DNA of 32,000 nucleotides from Kineococcus radiotolerans SRS30216 = ATCC BAA-149 (GTDB lineage Bacteria; Actinomycetota; Actinomycetes; Actinomycetales; Kineococcaceae): NCBI RefSeq assembly GCF_000017305.1, contig NC_009664.2, positions 3,120,001 to 3,152,000 of the forward strand, read 5' to 3'. Shown piece by piece: positions 25,547 to 32,000 of this stretch (position 1 is its first letter; each line of letters starts with the position of its first letter). The notes under the pieces were generated by a model. It saw only the letters and a program-made list of their open reading frames with translations, ran no database searches and was not told where the DNA came from. The position numbers and the translations under genes were made by a program.

Positions 25547-26904
25547 GCGGCGCCCTGCGCACCTGGTGGTCCCTGGTGCGGCACACCCACGGTCGCGGCG
25601 GCCGGTTGCCGACGGTGCTCGCGGTCACCGCCTTCGCCGTCACGACGTGGTCGGTGCTGACGGTGGCGGGCGGGGTGCAGGCCTTCGCCGCCCGGGCGCA
25701 GCTGCCGGGCGCGGGCCCCGACGCCGAGACCTACCCGCTGCTGTCCTGGGTCTCCGTCGCCCTGCTCCTGGTGCCGACCGCGACCCTCGGCGCGGCGGCG
25801 GCGCGGCTCACCGTCGCCCGGCGCGACGAGCGGCTGGCCCGGCTGCGGCTGGCGGGGGCGACGAGCACCCAGATCGGGGTGGTGGCCCTGCTCGACGCGG
25901 CCGTCCAGGCCGTCGCCGGGGCCGGCCTCGGGGTGGTCCTCGACCTCGTGGCGCTGCCGGCGGTGGCCCGGCTGCGGTTCCAGGGCCGCGCCTTCGAGGT
26001 GGCCGAGCTCCGGCTGGGGGCGGGGCCGGTGCTGGGGACCGTCGCCGCGGTGCTGCTGGTCGCGCTGGTCTCCTCCGCGGTGAGCCTGCGGCGGGTCGCG
26101 ATCACCCCGCTCGGCGTCGCGCAGCGCCTGCCGCAGCGGGGGCTGAGCTGGGCCCGCGTCGTGCCCGTGCTGGTGCTCGGGGTGGGCTTCGTCGCGGCCT
26201 TCAACGCCGGCAGCCTCGTGTTCGGGGCCGGCGTGGTCGTCGGCGCGCTGGTCCTGGTGGGCTTCCTGGCCGGGGCGTTCGCGGTGTTCAACCTCGTCGG
26301 CCCGCTGCTCGTCTCGCTGCTGGGGCGGGTGCTGAGCGCCCGGGCGCGCAGCGTCCCGACGCTGCTGGCGGCCCGGCGGATGAGCGAGGACCCGAAGAGC
26401 ACCTGGCGCAGCGTGGGCGGGGTCTCGCTGGTGACCTTCGTCGCCGGGTGCCTCAGCGTGACGCCCGGGCTGACCGCGGGCGCCCCCGCCGGTGGGGAGG
26501 CGCAGCTGATGAGCGACATCGGCACCGGCGCCGCGGTCACCCTGGTCATCGCCGCGGTGCTGGCGGCGGTCTCCACGGGCGTCACCCAGGCCTCGCGGGT
26601 GCTGGACTCCCGCGACCGCTACCGGACGCTGCACCTGTCGGGCACCGACGTCGCCGTCCTGCACGCCGCCCGCTCGCGGGAGACGTGGATCCCGCTGGTG
26701 GTCACGATGGGCGGGGCCGCGGCCCTGGCGCTGCTGATCGTCTCCCCGGTGCTGGGGCTGCTGGGGTCGGCGCCGGTGGGGGTGCTGTGGTTCGTCGCCT
26801 GCGCGGGGGCGGGCGCGGGTCTCGTCCTGCTCGCGGCGCGGGCCAGCCGGCCGCTGGTGGAGGCCGCCGCGGCCGGGGACGCGACCGGGATCCCGTCTCG
26901 CTGA
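25543..26904 (+). CDS. FtsX-family ABC permease, 453 aa, about 10 TM helices (two FtsX-like 4-TM modules)
   Basis: GTGA overlap with the ATPase gene. The FtsX-type motif RRDERLARLRLAGATSTQIGVVALLDA follows TM2, with a second degenerate copy (RDRYRTLHLSGTDVAVLHAA). The hydrophobic segments were counted by eye. Confidence 0.82.
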   Translation: MSGALRTWWSLVRHTHGRGGRLPTVLAVTAFAVTTWSVLTVAGGVQAFAARAQLPGAGPDAETYPLLSWVSVALLLVPTATLGAAAARLTVARRDERLARLRLAGATSTQIGVVALLDAAVQAVAGAGLGVVLDLVALPAVARLRFQGRAFEVAELRLGAGPVLGTVAAVLLVALVSSAVSLRRVAITPLGVAQRLPQRGLSWARVVPVLVLGVGFVAAFNAGSLVFGAGVVVGALVLVGFLAGAFAVFNLVGPLLVSLLGRVLSARARSVPTLLAARRMSEDPKSTWRSVGGVSLVTFVAGCLSVTPGLTAGAPAGGEAQLMSDIGTGAAVTLVIAAVLAAVSTGVTQASRVLDSRDRYRTLHLSGTDVAVLHAARSRETWIPLVVTMGGAAALALLIVSPVLGLLGSAPVGVLWFVACAGAGAGLVLLAARASRPLVEAAAAGDATGIPSR

Positions 26905-27042
26905 GTCAGACCCCGACACGCAGCGTCGCGCGGTGTGCGCCGACTCGGGGAGTTTCCCGCATCCGCTGCGGCAGAAGGGCTCACCCCTCGTACGGTCGTT
27001 CGACACCGGTTCAGCCCGAGCCGGTGGGACGGGGGGAGTGCT

Positions 27043-27909
27043 GTGCAGGACGCCGACTACCGGCGCCTGGTGGAGGACTCTCCGCTGGCCACCCTGCTGG
27101 TCCACCCCACCGCCGGGGGGTGGAGGACGACGTGGGCGAACACCGCCGCCGTCGAGCTCCTCGCCCACCCCGGGCTCGAGCAGCCGGCCGGGGTCGCGCT
27201 GAGCGACCTGCTCCACCCCGACGACCTCGCCGGGGCCGTCGCGGTCCTCGACCGCGGGCTCACCGGGGACCGCACGGCCTTCGAGTGGCGGTTCGTCCGC
27301 CCCGACGGGACGACCGTGACGGTCGAGGTGCTGATGGGCCCCGCCGGCCCGCTCGCCGCCGGCGACGGGACCCTGGGCCTGGCCTGCTGGGACGTCAGCC
27401 GGCACGTCGCGCGCACCCGCGACCTCGCCCACCGCGCCACCCACGACCCGCTGACGGGCCTGCCCGACCGCGGTCTGCTCGAGGACCGCTGGGTGCGGGC
27501 GCGCTCCCGGGCCCGCCGCACCGGGTCGGTCCCGGTCGTGGCCTTCTGCGACGTCGACGGCCTCAAGGACCTCAACGACGCCCACGGGCACCTCGCCGGC
27601 GACGCCGCCCTCGTCCGGATCGCCGAACGGCTCTCCGGCGCCTCCCGCGCGGAGGACACCGTCGCCCGCTTCGGCGGCGACGAGTTCGTGGTCCTCGCCG
27701 AGAGCGCCCCCGACGTCGAACCGCAGGCCCTGGCCCAGCGGCTGCGCGAGGCCGTCGCCGACGTCCCGGTCGAGCTGCCGGACGGCTCGACGCTGCGGGT
27801 CTCCTGCAGCGTCGGCCTGGTGGTCGACGACCCGGCGGCGAGCCCCGCCGAGGTGCTCGCCCGGGCGGACCGGCACATGTACGAGGACAAGCGCCGCCGC
27901 CGCTCCTGA
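27043..27909 (+). CDS. PAS-GGDEF diguanylate cyclase
   Basis: 288 aa from GTG 27043, with GGGGGAG 5 nt upstream. An N-terminal PAS-like region is followed by THDPLTGLPDRG. The active-site GGDEF is at nt 27673-27687, and the I-site RAED (27646-27657) lies exactly 5 residues upstream. Confidence 0.85.
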   Translation: MQDADYRRLVEDSPLATLLVHPTAGGWRTTWANTAAVELLAHPGLEQPAGVALSDLLHPDDLAGAVAVLDRGLTGDRTAFEWRFVRPDGTTVTVEVLMGPAGPLAAGDGTLGLACWDVSRHVARTRDLAHRATHDPLTGLPDRGLLEDRWVRARSRARRTGSVPVVAFCDVDGLKDLNDAHGHLAGDAALVRIAERLSGASRAEDTVARFGGDEFVVLAESAPDVEPQALAQRLREAVADVPVELPDGSTLRVSCSVGLVVDDPAASPAEVLARADRHMYEDKRRRRS

Positions 27910-27960
27910 CCCGCCGCTGCGACCCGCCGGCCCCGCCCCGGCACCGCACCGACCCGTCCC

Positions 27961-27976
27961 GCCCCGTCCCCGGGGC
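27961..27976 (+). terminator. Short GC hairpin (gccccg-tccc-cggggc) after the GGDEF gene
   Basis: 6-bp stem and 4-nt loop, 52 nt after the stop. Weak. Confidence 0.3.
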
Positions 27977-27982
27977 GGCGCG

Positions 27983-27988
27983 TAGCGT
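27983..27988 (+). promoter_or_regulatory. -10-like TAGCGT, 6 nt upstream of GTG 27995 (probable leaderless)
   Basis: cgTAGCGTgcccggGTG, identical in hexamer and spacing to the box at 8888-8893. Confidence 0.4.
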
Positions 27989-27994
27989 GCCCGG

Positions 27995-29134
27995 GTGGCG
28001 AAACTGCTGGAACCCCTCACCCTGCGCGGCACCACCTTCGCGAACCGCATCTGGGCCTCGCCCACGTGCCAGTACTCCTGCGACCCCGACCTCGCCCCCG
28101 GCGTCCCCACCGACTGGCACCTCGTGCACCTGGGCGGCCTGGCCGTGGGCGGCTGCGGGCTCGTCCTCACCGAGGCCGCGGCCGTGGTCCCCGAGGGGCG
28201 GATCACCCCCCAGGACGCCGGGCTGTGGAACGAGGAGCAGACCCGGGCCTGGACGCGCGTCGTCGACTTCGCGCACTCCCAGGGCGTCGCGATCGGCGTC
28301 CAGCTGGCCCACGCCGGGCGCAAGGCCAGCACCCACCGCCCCTGGGCGGAGCAGCAGGGCAGCGTCCCGCCCGCCGAGGGCGGCTGGGAGACCGTCGGCC
28401 CCAGCGCCCTCGCCTTCGGCGACCACGCCGTGCCGACCGCCCTGGACGAGGCCGGCCTGGAGCGCGTCGTGACGGCCTTCGCCGACGCCGCCCGCCGGGC
28501 CGAGACCGCCGGCTTCGACGTCGTGGAGCTGCACGCCGCCCACGGCTACCTGCTGCACCAGTTCCTCTCCCCGCTGTCCAACCACCGCACCGACGGCTAC
28601 GGCGGGGACCTCGCCGGCCGCTCGCGGCTGCTGCTGGAGGTCCTCGACGCCGTGCGCGCGGTGTGGCCGCGGGACAAGCCGGTCCTCGTGCGCCTGTCCA
28701 CCTCCGACTGGGTCGAGGGGGGCTGGGACGTGGCGGAGTCGGTCGAGCTCACCCGCGAGCTCGCCGCCCGCGGGGCCGACCTCGTCGACGCCAGCTCCGG
28801 CGGCAACGACCCGCGGCAGCGGATCCCCGTCGGACCCGGGTACCAGGTGCCCGCCGCGGCCCGGATCCGGCGCGAGACCGGGGTCCCCGTCGCCGCGGTC
28901 GGGCTCATCCTCGAACCGGCGCAGGCCGAGCAGGTGCTGGTCAGCGGGGACGCCGACGCGGTGTTCCTGGCCCGCCCGCTGCTGGCCGACCCGCGCTGGC
29001 CGCAGCGGGCGGCGCAGGCCCTGCACGCCCCCGAGGCCGTGGCCTGGCCCCCGCAGTACGTCCGCGCCACCCGCGCGCCCGTCCCGCACGTCTCCCCGCG
29101 TCAGGCGCGACGAGGAGCGGACGGGACGCCATGA
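27995..29134 (+). CDS. NADH:flavin oxidoreductase, Old Yellow Enzyme family (YqjM/NamA-like)
   Basis: 379 aa. Contains HAAHGYLLHQFLSPLSNHRTDGYGG and an N-terminal L.L.G....NRI..SP motif typical of OYE enzymes. Confidence 0.9.
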   Translation: MAKLLEPLTLRGTTFANRIWASPTCQYSCDPDLAPGVPTDWHLVHLGGLAVGGCGLVLTEAAAVVPEGRITPQDAGLWNEEQTRAWTRVVDFAHSQGVAIGVQLAHAGRKASTHRPWAEQQGSVPPAEGGWETVGPSALAFGDHAVPTALDEAGLERVVTAFADAARRAETAGFDVVELHAAHGYLLHQFLSPLSNHRTDGYGGDLAGRSRLLLEVLDAVRAVWPRDKPVLVRLSTSDWVEGGWDVAESVELTRELAARGADLVDASSGGNDPRQRIPVGPGYQVPAAARIRRETGVPVAAVGLILEPAQAEQVLVSGDADAVFLARPLLADPRWPQRAAQALHAPEAVAWPPQYVRATRAPVPHVSPRQARRGADGTP

Positions 29135-29135
29135 T
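29130..29135 (+). promoter_or_regulatory. -10-like CATGAT, 6 nt upstream of GTG 29142. It overlaps the OYE stop codon.
   Basis: gcCATGATgggggcGTG. The conserved A2 and T6 positions are present. Confidence 0.3.
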
Positions 29136-29141
29136 GGGGGC

Positions 29142-29738
29142 GTGAGCAGCCCGGAGCAGCCCCCCACGTCGTCGACCCTCGCGGGCCGGCTGCTGCTGGC
29201 CACCCCGGCGCTGACCGACGAGAACTTCGCCCGCTCCGTCGTCCTGGTGCTCAACCACGACGAGGACGGCGCGCTCGGGGTGGTCGTGAACCGCCCGCTG
29301 GACGTCGACGTGGAGAGCGTCCTGCCGGGCTGGCAGCCGTTCGCGACCGCCCCGGGAAAGCTCTTCCAGGGCGGCCCGGTCGCGCTGGACTCCGCGCTCG
29401 GGCTGGTCGCGGTGCCCGGTGACGAACCGGACCCGGTGGGGGTGCGGCGGGTGTTCGGCTCGGTGGGCCTGGGGTCCGTCGGCCTGGTCGACCTCGACAC
29501 CCCGCCCGAGGCGGTGGTGGCGCAGCTGTCGGGGCTGCGGATCTTCGCCGGCTACGCGGGCTGGAGCGCCGCGCAGCTGGAGGCGGAGATCGCCGAGGGG
29601 GCCTGGTTCGTCGTGCCCGCCGAGGCGCGCGACCCCTTCAGCGACACCCCCCGGGAGCTGTGGGGGCAGGTGCTGCGCCGCCAGGGCGGGGACCTGGCGC
29701 TGGTCGCCAGCTTCCCGCAGGACGTCTCGATGAACTGA
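29142..29738 (+). CDS. YqgE/AlgH-family protein (UPF0301)
   Basis: 198 aa. Contains LLLATPALTDENFARSVVLVLNHDEDGALGVVVNRP, GGPV and FAGYAGWSAAQLEAEIAEGAWFV, all characteristic of the family. Confidence 0.9.
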   Translation: MSSPEQPPTSSTLAGRLLLATPALTDENFARSVVLVLNHDEDGALGVVVNRPLDVDVESVLPGWQPFATAPGKLFQGGPVALDSALGLVAVPGDEPDPVGVRRVFGSVGLGSVGLVDLDTPPEAVVAQLSGLRIFAGYAGWSAAQLEAEIAEGAWFVVPAEARDPFSDTPRELWGQVLRRQGGDLALVASFPQDVSMN

Positions 29739-29744
29739 CGCGCG

Positions 29745-29750
29745 TACCAT
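29745..29750 (+). promoter_or_regulatory. -10-like TACCAT, 7 nt upstream of ATG 29758 (probable leaderless)
   Basis: cgTACCATcctgcgcATG read directly. Confidence 0.4.
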
Positions 29751-29757
29751 CCTGCGC

Positions 29758-30081
29758 ATGAGTGGCCGCCTGAGCTCGCCGACCGACGACCCGTTCCGCG
29801 TCCAGCCGGAGCAGTCGCCGGCGTCCACCCCCTCGCGCACCGCCGTCCTCGACCGCGAGGAGCAGGCCGAGGAGAAGGTCGAACCCGGCGACCACGAGCG
29901 CTTCGCGCACTACGTCAAGAAGGAGAAGATCATGGAGTCCGCCCTCTCGGGCGACCCCGTGATCGCGCTCTGCGGCAAGGTGTGGGTGCCCGGCCGCGAC
30001 CCCAAGCGGTTCCCGGTCTGCCCGACCTGCAAGGAGATCTACGAGACGCTGTCCGGCAAGGGCGGGGACGACAAGGACTGA
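29758..30081 (+). CDS. DUF3039-like small protein with a Cys-rich C-terminus
   Basis: 107 aa. GDHERFAHYVKKEKI...ALCGKVWVPGRDPKRFPVCPTCKEIY matches my memory of the conserved actinobacterial DUF3039 pattern. Confidence 0.8.
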   Translation: MSGRLSSPTDDPFRVQPEQSPASTPSRTAVLDREEQAEEKVEPGDHERFAHYVKKEKIMESALSGDPVIALCGKVWVPGRDPKRFPVCPTCKEIYETLSGKGGDDKD

Positions 30082-30161
30082 CGGGTCCCGCCCGCCGGGC
30101 GGGGCCCCGGCGCGTCGCCGCGCCGGAGCACCCCCGGGCCTCGTCTACGGTGGACGGACCG

Positions 30162-31946
30162 ATGAGCACCACCGAACGCGAACCCCAGCCGGCCCCGGCC
30201 GCCACCCCTGGTGTCCCCGCCGCCCGCCCGCTGCGGGCGTGGCAGGACGCGGCCCTGGAGCGATACTTCGACCCCGAGCGGGACGAGCCAGCCGACTTCC
30301 TCGTCACCGCGACGCCGGGCGCGGGCAAGACGACCTTCGCCCTCGCCCTGGCCCGGCGGCTGCTGGACACCCGCCGGGTGGACCGGGTCGTCGTCGTCGC
30401 CCCCACCGACCACCTGCGCACCCAGTGGGCCGAGGCCGCCCACCGCGCCGGGATCGAGCTGGACCCGACGATGACCAACGCCGTCGGCCCGGTCCGCGCC
30501 GACGTCAAGGGCTACGTCACCACCTACGCCCAGGTCGCCGGGCACCCGATGCTGCACCGGGCCCGGGCCACCGCGAAGCGCTCCCTGGTGGTCATGGACG
30601 AGATCCACCACGCCGGGGACGGCCTGTCCTGGGGCGACGCGGTCTTCGAGGCCTTCGCCGACGCCCGCCGCCGGCTGTCGCTGACCGGGACCCCGTTCCG
30701 CACCAAGGCCGACGAGCGCATCCCGTTCGTCCAGTACGTCGACGACGACTCCCCGGAGTCCGAGGGCGGTCTGCGCAGCGCCGCGGACTTCACCTACGGC
30801 TACAAGGAGGCGCTGGCCGACGGCGTGGTCCGCCCGGTGGTGTTCGCCGCCTACACCGGCGTCTCGCGGTGGCGGAACTCCGCCGGCGAGGTCGTCGCGG
30901 CGTCCCTGACCGACGCCACCACGAAGGCGGTGGAGTCGCTGGCCTGGAAGACCGCGCTGGACCCGCGCGGGGACTGGGTGCCGCACGTCATCGCTGCCAT
31001 GGACGAGCGCCTGGACCACCTGCGCGAGCACGGCATGCACGACGCCGCCGGGCTGGTGCTGGCCTCGGACCAGGAGGACGCGCGCGCCTACGCCAAGATC
31101 GTGCAGCGGGTCACGGGGGAGAAGCCCGCGCTGATCCTGTCCGACGACCCCAAGGCCTCGCAGCGGATCTCCGACTTCGCCGCCGGGGACCAGCGGTTCG
31201 CGGTCTGCGTCCGGATGATCTCCGAGGGCGTCGACGTGCCGCGGGCGGCGTGCCTGGCCTGGATGACGTCCTACCGGACCCCGCTGTTCTTCGCCCAGGC
31301 CGTCGGCCGCGTCGTGCGCTCGCGCGTCCCGGGGGAGTCCGCGACGGTCTTCCTGCCCGCGGTCCGGCCGCTGCTGACCCTCGCCGCGGAGATGGAGACC
31401 GACCGCAACCACGTCATCCCCCCGCCGCCGTCGGTGTCCTCCGACGAGGTCGACGAGGGCGGTCTGGACCTGCTGCCCCCGCCCGAGCGCGAACCGGGCG
31501 GTCCCAAGGAGTACGAGGCGCTGGAGGCGCAGGCGGAGTTCGCCCACGTCCTGCACGGCGGCAAGGCCCTCACCGGGGGGGCCCTGCCGCAGGTCAGCGT
31601 CGACGAGCAGGACTACCTCGGCCTGCCCGGGCTGCTCTCCCCCGAGCAGACCGCGGCCCTGCTCTCGCAGCGCGACGCGGAGATCCGCAGGCGCACCGCG
31701 ACCCCGCGCGCGGTGGAGGACGTGGTCGAGGTCGCCGAACCCGAGCAGGAGGACGCCACCTGGCACACCGCCGCGCTGCTGCGCAAGGAGATCCACGGCC
31801 TCGTGGGGCGCGTCGCCGCGGGCCGGGCGATGCCCCACGCCAGCGTCTACTCCAAGCTGCGCGCCGCCGTCCCCGGCCCGCCCTCGGCCTCGGCGCCGGT
31901 GGACGTGCTGCGCCGTCGGCGCGATCACCTGCTGTCCATGGTCTAG
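30162..31946 (+). CDS. Superfamily-2 DEAD/DEAH-box (DEIH) helicase, ResIII/ERCC3-like
   Basis: 594 aa from ATG 30162 (alternative GTG 30150). Walker A TPGAGKTT, motif II VMDEIHH, motif III SLTGTPFR and motif VI QAVGRVVR are present. Confidence 0.9.
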   Translation: MSTTEREPQPAPAATPGVPAARPLRAWQDAALERYFDPERDEPADFLVTATPGAGKTTFALALARRLLDTRRVDRVVVVAPTDHLRTQWAEAAHRAGIELDPTMTNAVGPVRADVKGYVTTYAQVAGHPMLHRARATAKRSLVVMDEIHHAGDGLSWGDAVFEAFADARRRLSLTGTPFRTKADERIPFVQYVDDDSPESEGGLRSAADFTYGYKEALADGVVRPVVFAAYTGVSRWRNSAGEVVAASLTDATTKAVESLAWKTALDPRGDWVPHVIAAMDERLDHLREHGMHDAAGLVLASDQEDARAYAKIVQRVTGEKPALILSDDPKASQRISDFAAGDQRFAVCVRMISEGVDVPRAACLAWMTSYRTPLFFAQAVGRVVRSRVPGESATVFLPAVRPLLTLAAEMETDRNHVIPPPPSVSSDEVDEGGLDLLPPPEREPGGPKEYEALEAQAEFAHVLHGGKALTGGALPQVSVDEQDYLGLPGLLSPEQTAALLSQRDAEIRRRTATPRAVEDVVEVAEPEQEDATWHTAALLRKEIHGLVGRVAAGRAMPHASVYSKLRAAVPGPPSASAPVDVLRRRRDHLLSMV

Positions 31947-31949
31947 GTT
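31944..31949 (+). promoter_or_regulatory. -10-like TAGGTT, 6 nt upstream of GTG 31956. Its TAG is the helicase stop codon.
   Basis: gtcTAGGTTgctgagGTG read directly. Confidence 0.35.
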
Positions 31950-31955
31950 GCTGAG

Positions 31956-32000
31956 GTGCCCGAGATCGTCCAGCGGACCATGGTCCGCGCACCCCTCGCC
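31956..32000 (+). CDS. Possible 5' end of a CDS (partial, 15 codons: VPEIVQRTMVRAPLA...)
   Basis: An open frame runs to the window edge, and the TAnnnT-N6-GTG arrangement matches seven other starts in this window. Too short to name. Confidence 0.3.
   Translation, partial: MPEIVQRTMVRAPLA

Noticed and set aside
24880-28332. 1150-aa minus-strand ORF spanning the ABC, permease, GGDEF and OYE genes
   Set aside because: It crosses four independent plus-strand genes that have clear catalytic motifs, so it is a typical GC-rich stop-free antisense frame.
24650-29134. Genomic island integrated at the tmRNA 3' end
   Set aside because: tmRNA genes are common integration sites. However, there is no integrase, no visible second copy of the ssrA 3' segment (GGTTCGATTCCCGCCATCTCC) downstream, and no obvious shift in base composition. 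The downstream genes look chromosomal.
29982-30161. 60-codon N-terminal extension of the helicase ORF that overlaps the DUF3039 gene
   Set aside because: The extension is Arg/Pro/Gly-rich and overlaps the end of the DUF3039 CDS. Helicase-like sequence begins after ATG 30162.
1-32000. CRISPR arrays, IS elements, transposases, integrases, toxin-antitoxin pairs, or tRNA/rRNA genes
   Set aside because: I saw no repeat-spacer periodicity, no terminal inverted repeats flanking an ORF and no recombinase motifs. The only RNA gene found is tmRNA, although I cannot run a covariance-model scan.

Overview
High-G+C (roughly 70-75%) Actinomycetota chromosomal segment, densely coding and mostly conserved core genes. 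Left to right: the 3' end of a gene built from 15-bp SDDDE-coding tandem repeats; a small minus-strand operon (two unlisted or partly listed small ORFs plus an SRPBCC/DUF2505-like protein); the large NAD-specific glutamate dehydrogenase; pdtaS convergent with whiB1, as in M. tuberculosis Rv3220c/Rv3219; a membrane protein; and a minus-strand run of anti-sigma kinase, SigB/F/H-type sigma factor, GNAT acetyltransferase and a 1375-aa FHA/2-TM/triple FtsK-SpoIIIE ATPase with EssC/EccC-like architecture. That ATPase is divergent from a seven-gene Tad-like operon (CpaF/TadA, TadB, TadC, a small pilin-like protein, two TadE-like proteins and one TadG-like protein). After that come an SDR, prfB, ftsE, ftsX, smpB, tmRNA (tag ADSKRTEFALAA), an ABC ATPase with a 10-TM FtsX-type permease, a PAS-GGDEF cyclase, an Old Yellow Enzyme, yqgE/algH, DUF3039 and an SF2 helicase. 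The most unusual locus is the orphan FHA-triple-ATPase with a translationally coupled GNAT, back to back with the Tad-like operon; no other type VII secretion genes are in view. Other sequence-level patterns are eight TAnnnT boxes 6-8 nt upstream of start codons (probable leaderless mRNAs), ten overlapping stop/start junctions, and a structured, motif-rich whiB1 upstream region with a CRP-like site. The many long antisense ORFs in the track are GC-driven artefacts. No mobile elements or CRISPR arrays were seen.
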